Translations under genes and position numbers: made by a program
In this document: one piece after another, positions 38,727-49,164 of the stretch
How positions within the stretch are numbered: position 1 is the stretch's first letter
Layout of the letters: each line of letters starts with the position of its first letter
The notes under the pieces: model-generated
Told to the model about the DNA's origin: nothing
Databases searched by the model: none
The model's input: only the letters and a program-made list of their open reading frames with translations
DNA from: a virus
Taxonomy: Duplodnaviria > Caudoviricetes
Length of the DNA: 54,156 nt
Direction: 5' to 3' (one strand)
IMG/VR virus record: IMGVR_UViG_3300005980_000003
Coordinates: 1-54,156 of that record

Positions 38727-40607
38727 TTACTTAATTTCGCAGAACCCACCAGCACATGCCAGTTCGGCAGTGAGGTTGACTGCACTGCCATCAACTTCGA
38801 AAACTTCATCAATATTAATAGCCTCCAGATGGACAAGCAGGGATTCGTAGACTTCTTTGGAGCAGTCTTCGAAAGGAAGTTGTGGGTATGCTTCTGCACC
38901 AAAGAAAGGAAGTACACTGATGCCGTTGTAATGCTCACGGTTGATCCACATCCAATTGGTGAGTTCTTCCCACTCGTTGTCTTTAACACTAATAGTGCAA
39001 GATACGTTGTGTTTGTTGTCGCCAGTGGTGTGACCAGCAGCTACCCACTCAGTACTAACCAGCTTCACACGCTCAAGAAGTTGGAACATGCTTTCAGTAC
39101 GAACACATGCACCTTCTGGAGCAGACTGTGGAAATGACAGTACAACTTGATGTGGAACCTTTACATCTTGTTCAACAAGTGCAGGTGCAACACGCATCAT
39201 GTATTGAGCAAGTTCTTCATCTTTACCAGCTCGCATACGACGAATGTAATACTCGGCGTGCCAAGCATGGATGCCACTAGAAGTGCCCAATGCCAATGAA
39301 GTGGTGCCAGCAGGTTTAACACAGGTACTGCGCTCAGCTTCATTGATGCCAATGATGTTTGCGATAGACTTGTTGGTAAGGACCGCAACCTGTGCAGCTT
39401 GTGCCATGTCCAGTTTAGTAACTGTGTTGCTGGCAATGCCTGTCATCGAGACGCCGAGTAATGCCCCTCGTTCACAGGTCTCACGCCATTTAGGATTGAG
39501 GTAGTGGAAGTCTGTGTAACCCGCTTGCAAAGTACCAATAAAAGCAGCAGCCGAACTAACATCGTTGAAATCCTCCTGATCAGTAATGAGCGAAGCATTA
39601 ATCTCAGTGAGGTTGCACATTTGATATGGTTCAAGTGCAATCTCACAGCATGGATTAGTGCCCCAGTCTTTGTTGTTGTTCCAGTAAACACCTGGCTCAC
39701 CACAACCACTCGCTTCAACACGAGCCATCAACTTAACAAACTGATCCGAGGTTACTTCACCACGAACGAGTACTGCGCTGTTGTTGGCACGGGCACGGTA
39801 TGGGTGTGTTTCCCACCAGTTACCAGATTTACAGGTGATCAGTTCTTCATCATCAAGATCGAAAAGGCTAATCATTGCTGCACGACGAATGCCACCAGCC
39901 AATACTGCATCAGCAATAATACAGGCAGCATCATGAACTTCCACAGGACGCATCTGGCGACCTACAGCATTGCTAAACAGTGCAGACAATGCATCTACAC
40001 ATACTTTCAATGGTGCTGGACCTGGGGCTTGACCACCAGTAGTTACCAGCTCAGAACCTTTCTCACGAATGTCGCGGTAGTCGAACATTGGAAGTGCACC
40101 ACCACACAAGAATGCTTTAGCAACAACCTTGATAGCATCAGCCCAACCTACAATGGAGTCTTGGATCTGGAACTTATGGAAGTCACGGCTCTTTGGTTCT
40201 GCTACTGGGGGCAGCTTATTGACGTGGTGTCGTTGAACGCTGTACCCCATACCAGTGCCGCCAAGAAGCAGAAACATAAGTTCAGGGAAGAAATGATAGT
40301 CTTCTGCCGGCATGTAAGCACAGTTGAAAATACGGTTGTGAGCGAGTTCAATCGGGCGTCCACCAAACTGAAGACTGCGCATAGAAGGAAGCACCCGCTT
40401 AGGAAAAACAAACTGCTCGTAAACATTGCCAATGGCCTCTGCAATTAGTGGATACTTACGCTGATGCATTTCCATATTGCGAGTTACAATCTCTTTGTAA
40501 TTCTCACGACGGCCAACTTCTGGAAGGAACTTTGCGTACTTGTTGAAAACTACGATGTCACTAAGTGCTTGTTTATCAGCACCAATACCATTAACACTCA
40601 ATTGCAT
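38727..40607 (-). CDS. nrdJ: Class II (AdoCbl-dependent) ribonucleotide reductase, monomeric RTPR-like
   Basis: FNCAY, GGIRRAA, TNPCCEI, CNLTE, VKPAGT, C-terminal CAGGFC; no beta subunit gene. Confidence 0.9.
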   Translation of the reverse strand: MQLSVNGIGADKQALSDIVVFNKYAKFLPEVGRRENYKEIVTRNMEMHQRKYPLIAEAIGNVYEQFVFPKRVLPSMRSLQFGGRPIELAHNRIFNCAYMPAEDYHFFPELMFLLLGGTGMGYSVQRHHVNKLPPVAEPKSRDFHKFQIQDSIVGWADAIKVVAKAFLCGGALPMFDYRDIREKGSELVTTGGQAPGPAPLKVCVDALSALFSNAVGRQMRPVEVHDAACIIADAVLAGGIRRAAMISLFDLDDEELITCKSGNWWETHPYRARANNSAVLVRGEVTSDQFVKLMARVEASGCGEPGVYWNNNKDWGTNPCCEIALEPYQMCNLTEINASLITDQEDFNDVSSAAAFIGTLQAGYTDFHYLNPKWRETCERGALLGVSMTGIASNTVTKLDMAQAAQVAVLTNKSIANIIGINEAERSTCVKPAGTTSLALGTSSGIHAWHAEYYIRRMRAGKDEELAQYMMRVAPALVEQDVKVPHQVVLSFPQSAPEGACVRTESMFQLLERVKLVSTEWVAAGHTTGDNKHNVSCTISVKDNEWEELTNWMWINREHYNGISVLPFFGAEAYPQLPFEDCSKEVYESLLVHLEAINIDEVFEVDGSAVNLTAELACAGGFCEIK

Positions 40608-40628
40608 TGCTCACCTCTTTCAAATTTA

Positions 40629-40883
40629 TTAAAGGGATACCAACCCCATTGGTAGCAGCACACGTGCTACATCGGGAGAAACCCCGAGATCAATCATTCG
40701 TTTGTAGTGATGGCGAGCAACTGCAATTACTTCCTGCTGCGCTTCGGTCCAATCTTCTAGGAGGTCCAATTGCTCAGACTTGCTCAATCCACTTTGACTC
40801 AGCTTGATACTGCTACCAAGTTTCTTGGGGTCTTGCAAACGACATTCACTGGTAATGAATACTACTTCTTTAACTTGGCTCAA
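40629..40883 (-). pseudogene. Truncated ThyX-like (flavin-dependent thymidylate synthase) remnant
   Basis: RLQD.K and YKRMIDLGVSPDVARVLLP resemble the ThyX C-terminal half; lacks RHR motif; only 84 aa. Confidence 0.5.
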
Positions 40884-40907
40884 GTGGTTCTCCTATTTGA
40901 TTAATAG

Positions 40908-41327
40908 TTACTTACGCGCTGCTACAAGTTCTGCATAGCGTGTGTCTGTGGATTTGATGAAAACACCTTCGAACATAATGCCTTCACGATCTTTGATGTC
41001 GTTCCATGCTTGGTCTAGGCAGGAGAGGAAAGAGATCCGATTGCGAGCACACAAGTTAACAAGCACAACGACAATATCTCCAACATCATCCCGGATGTCT
41101 TTACCTTTGCAGAGGTTGTCACTGAGTTCTCCCACTTCTTGAATGAGCTTTGCAAATTGTGTTTTGTCATCGCTACCTTCAATCAAGTTACGATCATGAT
41201 GCCAAGTAACCATGTCACGAAGGCGACGGCCAATTGGCATGTATTCTTCAATGTCCACCAGTTCGGTACGAATGGTTTTTGCTGGACGGTCAGCGCGTGC
41301 TACAAATTTCTCTACAACTGCATTCAT
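40908..41327 (-). CDS. MazG-like NTP pyrophosphatase
   Basis: QFAKLIQEVGEL...DDVGDIVVVL...AWNDIKDR. Confidence 0.85.
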   Translation of the reverse strand: MNAVVEKFVARADRPAKTIRTELVDIEEYMPIGRRLRDMVTWHHDRNLIEGSDDKTQFAKLIQEVGELSDNLCKGKDIRDDVGDIVVVLVNLCARNRISFLSCLDQAWNDIKDREGIMFEGVFIKSTDTRYAELVAARK

Positions 41328-41881
41328 TAAATCTTCTCCAAAATATTCATGAAGCTAACCAAGTCCAATCCTGGCTTACCCATTGTCGTATTAATGATGT
41401 GTGCCATTGCCCCAGGCACTACTACGTAATCCCTACTGTCTTGCTTGAAGTCGAAGTCTTTGTTGTGCAGTTGAATGATGTGAACTTCATAACCATGCTC
41501 AACAAGGCACTCAGTTTCTTCACAGAAGCCACCATCTGAAAAGACTACAGTTCCCGTTTGCCCATCCAATTCAGTAATTGCTTCAACAGCTTTCAAACCA
41601 AAGAACTTCTTGCCGTTCTTTGGCTTAATGATGTTTTCACTTACATGGATCAGTGCGTCACGTGGGGTCATGCCATCAAGTAGCATGTCTGGAGCATCCT
41701 TCGTATGTCGCAGGGTTGCCACATTAATGAAGTACTCCAGGTCAACGCCCATGTATGCAGCAGTTTCCTTATACAAGGCATCTTTAAATGCCATTGATGG
41801 AAATCCACACAATTCCTTTATGTTTGCTGCCAATGTATCTTTGCCAATCCCTGGCGGACCATTAAGAATGAATACTCGCAT
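41327..41881 (-). CDS. Deoxynucleoside monophosphate kinase
   Basis: P-loop NGPPGIGKDT; TPRDALI; VFSDGGF. Confidence 0.85.
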   Translation of the reverse strand: MRVFILNGPPGIGKDTLAANIKELCGFPSMAFKDALYKETAAYMGVDLEYFINVATLRHTKDAPDMLLDGMTPRDALIHVSENIIKPKNGKKFFGLKAVEAITELDGQTGTVVFSDGGFCEETECLVEHGYEVHIIQLHNKDFDFKQDSRDYVVVPGAMAHIINTTMGKPGLDLVSFMNILEKI

Positions 41882-42597
41882 CAGATGCTTTCCTCATTCT
41901 TATCGAAGCGTTGATGTACAAATGCAGGGAAGCGCAATTTGCCAGCCTCGGTAACTTCGCGGTATTCAACCTGAATGATTGTGCCCATCAGGTTGCTACG
42001 ATCTACCCACAGTTTGTCTCGCAGTGCATCATCAAAGCCACTGCCAACAGAGCCGTGCTTTGTTTGAATACTGCCGAGCGTACCTTTCAAACGTCCGGCA
42101 CCCTCTTTGAAACCAGTAATCCGAACGTCGGCCTGCTTTTTTGGAACCACCTTCAACCACACGTAGAACTTGCCGGACTTGTGAAGTTGGCGAAGAATCA
42201 AACCTTCGTCACCTGCATCGAGGCGCAGTTGCATCAAGCCCTTAAGCTTCAAGTCGTCTGGATGCAGCACAGTACCCATCAGCAAACGAGGATCAATGTT
42301 TCCGTCAGTCAGCTCATAGATCATGTCCTGAGTAACAACTTGTGGTGTCTGTGAGCGCACCAATGAAACAGATGTGTTCCAGTTGACGTTGTAAACCTCA
42401 GCATCCTTAAACTCAAGGTGGTTGACGTTGTACAGTGGCTTACCAGCACGACTAACAGGTTCATTGGCAGCGTTACGCATTACACGAACACCATCAACCT
42501 TGCGATAAACCTTCCAGTAACCTTTAAGGGTTTCCCCTTCGTAGTACTTTGCTTTGACGTACTCAGTGCCGTCATCAAGCTCTTTCAAAATAGCCAT
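41881..42597 (-). CDS. ATP-dependent DNA ligase (minimal)
   Basis: KVDGVR, EGLILR, VGSGF, LRFPAF. Confidence 0.92.
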   Translation of the reverse strand: MAILKELDDGTEYVKAKYYEGETLKGYWKVYRKVDGVRVMRNAANEPVSRAGKPLYNVNHLEFKDAEVYNVNWNTSVSLVRSQTPQVVTQDMIYELTDGNIDPRLLMGTVLHPDDLKLKGLMQLRLDAGDEGLILRQLHKSGKFYVWLKVVPKKQADVRITGFKEGAGRLKGTLGSIQTKHGSVGSGFDDALRDKLWVDRSNLMGTIIQVEYREVTEAGKLRFPAFVHQRFDKNEESI

Positions 42598-43115
42598 CAG
42601 GATTCTCCTTTAAGTATCGACGATATGTAGGTTCTGGCCTGACTTCTTCTAATGCCAGCGGTAGCTCCAGGTTCAATCCCCTTGCTACGCAACTTCTCTT
42701 TCTGCACTGCTGCACTGTTCTTTGTAAAGTTGATGACCATCTTCTCAATCTTGGCATCCTCCATAGACATCCCACTCCTTTCGGAATAGGTAACAATCGA
42801 GTGGCAGGGCTTACATAAGATTTCTAAATCAGTTTCTTTAACGTGGAACAGGTTCTCGACAAACTCCCCAAGGTTTTCCCACGTAAGGGCACCAACGGTT
42901 TTAATGTGATTAACTTCCACATCACCGGGCCTGAACCACTTCTTACAATGCTTGCACTCATGATGAATAACCAGACGTGTTGAAACCTTGCTAGGTAGCA
43001 ACTTCTGATTGTTCTGCAACATGACAAGTTTTGTAGGATGTTTAGTCCAAGCCTTACGGAGAGCTGACCTAAGCCAATTGAGTAATTGTGCTTCGGTCTT
43101 TAGGTAGCCATACAA
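42597..43115 (-). CDS. HNH endonuclease
   Basis: CKHC...VEVNH...LEILCKPCH; WLRSALRKAW. Confidence 0.8.
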   Translation of the reverse strand: MYGYLKTEAQLLNWLRSALRKAWTKHPTKLVMLQNNQKLLPSKVSTRLVIHHECKHCKKWFRPGDVEVNHIKTVGALTWENLGEFVENLFHVKETDLEILCKPCHSIVTYSERSGMSMEDAKIEKMVINFTKNSAAVQKEKLRSKGIEPGATAGIRRSQARTYISSILKGES

Positions 43116-44057
43116 CTACGCAGCCTTTGCGACTGGAGTATTGAATTCTTGGGTACGCATGTCGTAAACGGATTCATTGAAGCGCGCTGTGTCGTGGTGC
43201 CATAATTGAATATGATGCTCACCAACATAGCGTGTCACCATATATAGGCAGCGGCCTTGTTTAAGCAAAGCTGCCTCCCAGTCATCACCGAATATTTTCC
43301 GGTATTCGCCACGAACAACATGCATGCCTTGTCCATAGGACTCACAATTTGCAAGCAGTTCATAAGCTGTAACTGCGCCAACGCCAACACGTGTTTCATA
43401 TGACTCCCCTGCATTCTTGCCAGTTTTACGGATTTTGGTTTCTTTAACACCACAACCCATAATCCCATCAGTAGGATCACCAGTAAGCAATTGCCAACAT
43501 AGGAACAAAGGACCATTACCTTTAACAGCTTTGGTAATTTTCCCATTGGTTGCGCTCACCTTGTGCACAATCTCCAACTTGCCGTTGCCAGTTACATGAG
43601 TGAATTTCTCGCCTTGGTGAACTGTTTCCCAACGGTAGTGATGCCCACGACACTGCATCATATCTTTGTCAATAGTTGCAATGATGGTTGTGAAGTCTTT
43701 GGTGTCTTGATGAATACACATCAGGTCGTCTGCTTCCATGCAGTCAACCATTTCAGCATCCCACTTGTATGTGGCATACGCCTTAGCAGCAGGCAGATAA
43801 TAAGGCCGCTCAACGAATTCTCGATTGGCCTTATACTCTGGCATAACTACAAAGCGGAAGTTGTTGCTACCGCTAAAGAACACACGAACCTTCTCAGCAT
43901 TGACTCGATTCTTGATGTACACGATTTTGGAATCAATGGACTCAAGAATCTTATCAAGGTGGACATCAACAAGTTCGTTACCGTATTCAGCAGCGGAGCA
44001 GCACGCATACACAAGAAGGTCGCCGTCAATCAGAACCTCTTTGAAGTCAAATGACAT
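43116..44057 (-). CDS. 5'-3' exonuclease (T7 gp6-like)
   Basis: LIDGD, NFR...YKANR, EADD, IDKD, GDPTDGIMG. Confidence 0.9.
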   Translation of the reverse strand: MSFDFKEVLIDGDLLVYACCSAAEYGNELVDVHLDKILESIDSKIVYIKNRVNAEKVRVFFSGSNNFRFVVMPEYKANREFVERPYYLPAAKAYATYKWDAEMVDCMEADDLMCIHQDTKDFTTIIATIDKDMMQCRGHHYRWETVHQGEKFTHVTGNGKLEIVHKVSATNGKITKAVKGNGPLFLCWQLLTGDPTDGIMGCGVKETKIRKTGKNAGESYETRVGVGAVTAYELLANCESYGQGMHVVRGEYRKIFGDDWEAALLKQGRCLYMVTRYVGEHHIQLWHHDTARFNESVYDMRTQEFNTPVAKAA

Positions 44058-44068
44058 AGGCTTACTCC

Positions 44069-44833
44069 TTAGTAGGGGCTATCGTCGTTATCAGCAGTTT
44101 CTTCAACTACTTCTGGAGTGGAGTCAACTGGTTGAGCATCCTGATCAGCATCGTTTGCAGGGAAGCCATCATCGTTATCTTGATCGCTGTCATCTGCTGG
44201 AGCATTAGGTTCAATGCCCAACATCTTCTGCAACAGACTGCCAGCGAACGAGCTGGAAGCCATGATGCGATCTTGGTGCGCATAAGGATTGCCCTTATAC
44301 AGTTTGCCCCATACAGCCAGATCAGGTTCACCCAGGTCGAAGAACAGTGGTTTGTTGATCAGCGGACCAGCGGTAGCAATACTTTTTGCTTTCATTGGCA
44401 GAACGGCAGTGATTTTGTTGTCTTCTTTACCCGCATTCTTGCCGGATTTCTTCATGTACTTCTGAATCATGATAGTGACCGGAAGGCCAACCATTTCAGA
44501 AAGCTCCAATTCAAAACCATTTGGAATGGCGGAAATGAGTTTGTAGATGTTGGCTTTCTCATCCATATAGCCATCTTCGTTGTAGGTGACTTCGTAGTTG
44601 AATACGCGAGGTGCGGTTTCATCTACAGTGCCATCTTCACCAACCATGAACTCATCTAGGCACTCCATGCGGAATTCAAGTTTAGGTTTAGGTTCAGGAT
44701 ATTGTGGACTACCCGGCTGCATGCCAAGGTCAACAATAGACAGGACGCGAGCATCGTAAGTACCAGCATCCAACAAAGGAGTCACACCGTACTTTTTCGA
44801 TTCGCCAGCTTTTACTGCTTTTTTAAACGCCAT
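44069..44833 (-). CDS. Putative ssDNA-binding / replication protein
   Basis: GTYDARVLSIVDLGMQ; acidic C-terminal tail ending in an aromatic residue (DNDDSPY); start MAFKK. Confidence 0.7.
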   Translation of the reverse strand: MAFKKAVKAGESKKYGVTPLLDAGTYDARVLSIVDLGMQPGSPQYPEPKPKLEFRMECLDEFMVGEDGTVDETAPRVFNYEVTYNEDGYMDEKANIYKLISAIPNGFELELSEMVGLPVTIMIQKYMKKSGKNAGKEDNKITAVLPMKAKSIATAGPLINKPLFFDLGEPDLAVWGKLYKGNPYAHQDRIMASSSFAGSLLQKMLGIEPNAPADDSDQDNDDGFPANDADQDAQPVDSTPEVVEETADNDDSPY

Positions 44834-45110
44834 GGTAATTCTCCGATACTTTAGAAATTTCTGGTTTGATGGTGTTGGCAACAATAAGTGCGTTGATGCC
44901 ATTACTCATTTCCGACTCGTAGTATTTACGAGCAGCCGTTAGTGCTTTGTCGCGAACGCAGCGTGCCGTCTGTAAAACTACTTCATTGTGGCTTTGTCCA
45001 TCTTTACCAAACGCTTGTGCAATCTCGCCATACACAACATGTGCTGCATTTTGTTGGCTTTGCATATTCAGAAACAGTTGGTTCAGGGCATTGAATGTAG
45101 AAACTTTCAA
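44823..45110 (-). CDS. Hypothetical protein
   Basis: 95 aa between polymerase and SSB. Confidence 0.55.
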   Translation of the reverse strand: MKVSTFNALNQLFLNMQSQQNAAHVVYGEIAQAFGKDGQSHNEVVLQTARCVRDKALTAARKYYESEMSNGINALIVANTIKPEISKVSENYHGV

Positions 45111-45119
45111 GAATAATCC

Positions 45120-47120
45120 TCAGTGAATTTCGCTGTAGTTGTTGCCAAATTGAACTTCACAGTCCAAGGTTGTATTCAATTTCAAGAGTTCGTTTACACG
45201 TACAATTGATTCTTTAACAATCCCACCCATCAACAATCTGGCGGCTGGTTTGTCTTTCAATCTCAAGATACCTTCGTCATGAAACTCGCCAATTACTGGT
45301 GCATTGCTACCATGACGTTCCCGACAAATGATGTGCATGTTCTCAATCCAAATGTCACAGATATAAGAACCACTACCTTGGCAGAGTGTAGAGAAACGGT
45401 CTTTTTCAGATTTAAGCCAGTACCAGATACTGTTGATTGGGTTCCACTGCCACGAATAACCACAGCACTTCATGACTGTTGTTGACTGGGCAATTGCATC
45501 AATGGACCAGTTGAGGTCCAAGTAAGCTGTACGGATGGCCTCACCTTGTTTAAAAGGAACGCCTGCTGCACGAGCTACCGTTGCTGCACCTGCACCGTAT
45601 TGAAGTGCGTACCCTGCTGTTTTAGCAATCGAGCGCATCAAGCTGATGTGTTTAACTTTTACTGACTCTGCATCAGTAAGGTCTTCACGATCCTTGTTAG
45701 TTTTGTACCACTCCATTTCCGCTTCGGTGATCAGCCCTGCTACTACAGCTAGCTGCAAGTGAGGGTCATAACCTGGAGTCTGCTGTGTTACTACATACTC
45801 AGGATCAAGCGGCCATTGGAAGTGGTTCTTGCATTTGTTCTCAAGTGAGCTTAAGTCACTGCCCAACAGAACTTGACCTTCCTCTGCAATAAGCAGCCCA
45901 CGAATATCTTCACCATAAGGCACACGGCTTGAAGGTAGGTTTACCAACTCCCGGTGTTTAAGCCGCAGTGTGTTAGTGAAGCCTTGTGCTCGTGCGATCA
46001 GATAACCATCAATGTGGTTTTCTAAGAATCCTTTCACCATGCCTGCACGGTGTTTAAGAATGCCCAAACCTTTGATGTGTTCGAAACCCGCTGTCGGATG
46101 CTTCTTAATAAGTTCGATAATGCCTGGATCGACTTTACCGCCGCTATTAGGAACGTTCACTTGTGCAGATTTCTTTTCTTCGCCAGTGTCTTTATCACGA
46201 GTGAATTTAAAGGTTTGTGGAACCCAACCATAACTATCCAACCAGTCTTTAACCTGTATTGGGCTGTTAGGATTTGGTTCTTCAAGCTTCAACACTACTT
46301 TTACAAACGTAGTATCAATAGGAAGGTGGTTCTGTAGCAGCAACGTAATCCATTTGATGCCATGTGCAGACAATTCACCATTAGCCTTGTACGGTTTAGC
46401 TGGTGGCTCCTTGATCCCGAACTTCTGAACCTTCGGCATAACCTTAACAAGCTCATCCACTTGCAATGCCAGCTTAACGTCAAGCTCACCTTTCAACACT
46501 TCTGTCTTGGGCACGTCAAGTTTCCACTTGTTCCGTTGTTGCGTCTGCATGTGGCGGGCTTTCATATCAAAGTATTCCAAAACATGCCCAAACCCTTGCG
46601 GGTACATCTTCTTCAATTGGGCCATCTGATCTTTGACTAGACGATATTGAATCCTTACGTCTTGCATTACACGATGGTTGTATTCGTCCTGGGTTTGATT
46701 CTCCCAGTTCTCAATCAACGGCTTTGGAATACCATAATCTTCCCCATACTCCCCCAAACCATGACGCTGACGTTTAGGGTCCAAGTACCAAGAAAGGTAA
46801 AGGGTGTCTTTAATGTCGCACTGTTCAACCTCGATAACCCCAAGGAAAATCAAAGCCTCGTTATCGAACAGCTTGCCGTTGTGCATGTACAACTTGTGAC
46901 CAGCAGACAAGAATTTCTTCAAGTCATGAATAGGTCGAACAGAGATGTTTTTGTACTGCACACTATCAATCAGGTCTAGGTCGAAGTAGTTATTACTAAA
47001 GAGGATTTCCTCTCCAGTGTTCATGTCCTTGAAACCCATGTTGTGCAACACTGGCCGTTCTTGCAGCTTCATCTGCTCAAGTAGACCGCTTGTTTCGATG
47101 TCAGCCGCATAGCTAGCCAT
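45120..47120 (-). CDS. DNA polymerase, family A (T7 gp5-like) with 3'-5' exonuclease
   Basis: DIETSG, HNG..FD, DLSSLE, RSIAKTAGYALQYGAG, FHDE. Confidence 0.95.
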   Translation of the reverse strand: MASYAADIETSGLLEQMKLQERPVLHNMGFKDMNTGEEILFSNNYFDLDLIDSVQYKNISVRPIHDLKKFLSAGHKLYMHNGKLFDNEALIFLGVIEVEQCDIKDTLYLSWYLDPKRQRHGLGEYGEDYGIPKPLIENWENQTQDEYNHRVMQDVRIQYRLVKDQMAQLKKMYPQGFGHVLEYFDMKARHMQTQQRNKWKLDVPKTEVLKGELDVKLALQVDELVKVMPKVQKFGIKEPPAKPYKANGELSAHGIKWITLLLQNHLPIDTTFVKVVLKLEEPNPNSPIQVKDWLDSYGWVPQTFKFTRDKDTGEEKKSAQVNVPNSGGKVDPGIIELIKKHPTAGFEHIKGLGILKHRAGMVKGFLENHIDGYLIARAQGFTNTLRLKHRELVNLPSSRVPYGEDIRGLLIAEEGQVLLGSDLSSLENKCKNHFQWPLDPEYVVTQQTPGYDPHLQLAVVAGLITEAEMEWYKTNKDREDLTDAESVKVKHISLMRSIAKTAGYALQYGAGAATVARAAGVPFKQGEAIRTAYLDLNWSIDAIAQSTTVMKCCGYSWQWNPINSIWYWLKSEKDRFSTLCQGSGSYICDIWIENMHIICRERHGSNAPVIGEFHDEGILRLKDKPAARLLMGGIVKESIVRVNELLKLNTTLDCEVQFGNNYSEIH

Positions 47121-47131
47121 GTTTAAATCTC

Positions 47132-47398
47132 CTAGTGAATAACCATGTGATGGTTTATTTTCATTAACAGTTGCGTTAAGTAGTCTTTGTACTCATCAAC
47201 TGTCATGCAGTGTGCGTATGCACCATGGTCATATACCAACCTCACAACGGATGGATATCGTCTTGGGTGTCCATGTATGTATCGCCTGTGCGGTAGCTGG
47301 TATTCATTGAAGTGACTTTTCAACGCACTTTTAAATCCAGCTTGTGTGAAGCACAGGTATAGGTTCCCACCCAAGTGTTCAACATTTGTCTTGGCCAT
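47132..47398 (-). CDS. Hypothetical protein
   Basis: 88-aa ORF. Confidence 0.65.
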   Translation of the reverse strand: MAKTNVEHLGGNLYLCFTQAGFKSALKSHFNEYQLPHRRYIHGHPRRYPSVVRLVYDHGAYAHCMTVDEYKDYLTQLLMKINHHMVIH

Positions 47399-47401
47399 AT
47401 A

Positions 47402-47866
47402 TCACCCAGTAATTTTGTAAGCGGTCTTATACAGAGTCACTTCATATGGCGTCATGTACTCCCATGCGAAGTCTTCCAGTTTTGGTCCACCCTTGCATGC
47501 GTCATAACGACTACTGCCGAACATACGGACAGCGGAGTAAATCAATTCTTCCCGGGTTGAGTCACATCCAACAACATCCAGCATTTCACCCAACAAGAAG
47601 TCGCACTCAGATTTCAGCTCACGGTTCATGCAATACAAACCATCATGCATAATGCCGGGAATGCGTGTATCAATAGAGTTGAAGACGGGTTGAACAACCC
47701 AAGGGATCGACGCTAAGTCAGTTATGAAATACTTCGGTGTAACGTATTGCTTGCCTGCTTTGCTTGTATAGATCAAGTCTTGTAGCAGCATCCACTCCCC
47801 CGCCTTATAGGGAAGGAGTGGTGGAACTACCGAGAATTGCCCAAGCCCGTTGCCAACATAATTCAA
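47402..47866 (-). CDS. DUF1353 domain protein
   Basis: FITDLASIP...HDGLY...YSAVRMFG. Confidence 0.85.
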   Translation of the reverse strand: MNYVGNGLGQFSVVPPLLPYKAGEWMLLQDLIYTSKAGKQYVTPKYFITDLASIPWVVQPVFNSIDTRIPGIMHDGLYCMNRELKSECDFLLGEMLDVVGCDSTREELIYSAVRMFGSSRYDACKGGPKLEDFAWEYMTPYEVTLYKTAYKITG

Positions 47867-47882
47867 ATGACCTCCAATGTAG

Positions 47883-48311
47883 TTAGAGCCCCCAAATAAG
47901 ATCTTGATAACCTGGGAGCTTAGGTATCAACCGTTCCCGGTAGTTACACAGCAGTTTGTATGCCTCGGAATCCTTGTAGTCATCGTTCTCGCATGATTGG
48001 TATTGCAGGTTGTCAATCAGCTTGAGAACAATGAGCGGATGCAAAGGTTTGGCATCACGAGATACCTTCACCTTCCATTCAGGGGTGTTCGGCTTGCGCT
48101 TAAGATCCTCGTAACGCTTGTGAACAGATCGTAAGTTCTCAGCCATCAACACATCAGCTTCTTGTTGGTGCATTGCCTCAGCACCCATCACAAAGTAATA
48201 GGAGTTCTGGTCAACTTGGGCTTTCCACACATCAGTTCCAACGTGTAGACAACCATATACACCTTGCAAAATCGCTGATATTTGCTCATCTGAAACTTGA
48301 TATGCGGACAT
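47883..48311 (-). CDS. Hypothetical protein
   Basis: ENLRSV.KRY and YQSCE motifs seen in phage proteins. Confidence 0.7.
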   Translation of the reverse strand: MSAYQVSDEQISAILQGVYGCLHVGTDVWKAQVDQNSYYFVMGAEAMHQQEADVLMAENLRSVHKRYEDLKRKPNTPEWKVKVSRDAKPLHPLIVLKLIDNLQYQSCENDDYKDSEAYKLLCNYRERLIPKLPGYQDLIWGL

Positions 48312-48473
48312 GCTTAAATCCTCACAGGTTTATGGATTTCACCAAGCGCCCAGCAATAATAATTTGCTCCGCCGTGCTGACAGTGATTGCGTAGTGGTGT
48401 GCGAACGCCTCCACAGAAAGGAAGTTGTTCACATAGTCGAGATACATTATTACGAATGAGTCAAGCGACATAA

Positions 48474-49143
48474 TCAAATCCTCTGGAATGTATAACCCTT
48501 CATGTTGCAGGCTTCACCATCAACAAGCTCACCTGCCTTAATCTGATCACACGTTTCAAACAATGCCATAACTTTCTTGGCACTGTTGTTACGTTCAATC
48601 AATACATCAAGGAGTTTGTGGTACTTGTGTGTCACTTCTTCGCCATTTGGCTTCAAACACTTGACGGAGAAGTTTAATTCCTCATCAGTTTTCTTACTCA
48701 TTTCTTCTTCCTCGTTCTCGTTGGTGCCACTGTATTCTAGGTAGGCCTTGTTCGCTTCTATTGCACTTGTATAAGTTCCTAGAAATGTCCTTGATCCATT
48801 CACGTAAGCGTAAGCCTCGTACTTACCACTCTTGGTTGCAGATATGCCCTTATAGCCACTTGTATTGTTTCTATTTAAACCGGTGTTGTACCGATTCTTA
48901 GACTTGTTGGAGTCCAACAGATTATAAATCCTGTTGTTGCCTCTATCTGTGTCGTCATGATCTATAAGTTTCGGCATACAAAGGTGGTGCATCAAGTAGA
49001 TCAACCTATGTTCTAGGTAAGCCTTATCAAGTACACGAACTCTTCTGTAGCCAGCGTGATAAGAGCCAACCCTTGAACCTTTTACTGCCCTGCCTCCAGT
49101 TGTGAATCGCCTGTACAGTGTGCCGTCAACATACTCAAACATA
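48474..49143 (-). CDS. HNH homing endonuclease (HNH plus AP2-like) read through into a 75-aa hypothetical protein
   Basis: YLEHRLIY, IDHDDTDRGNNRIYNL, NTSGYKGI, FLGTY; internal RBS plus ATG at MSKKTDEE. Confidence 0.75.
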
Positions 49144-49164
49144 AGCTTGCAGTAGACGTACAAC

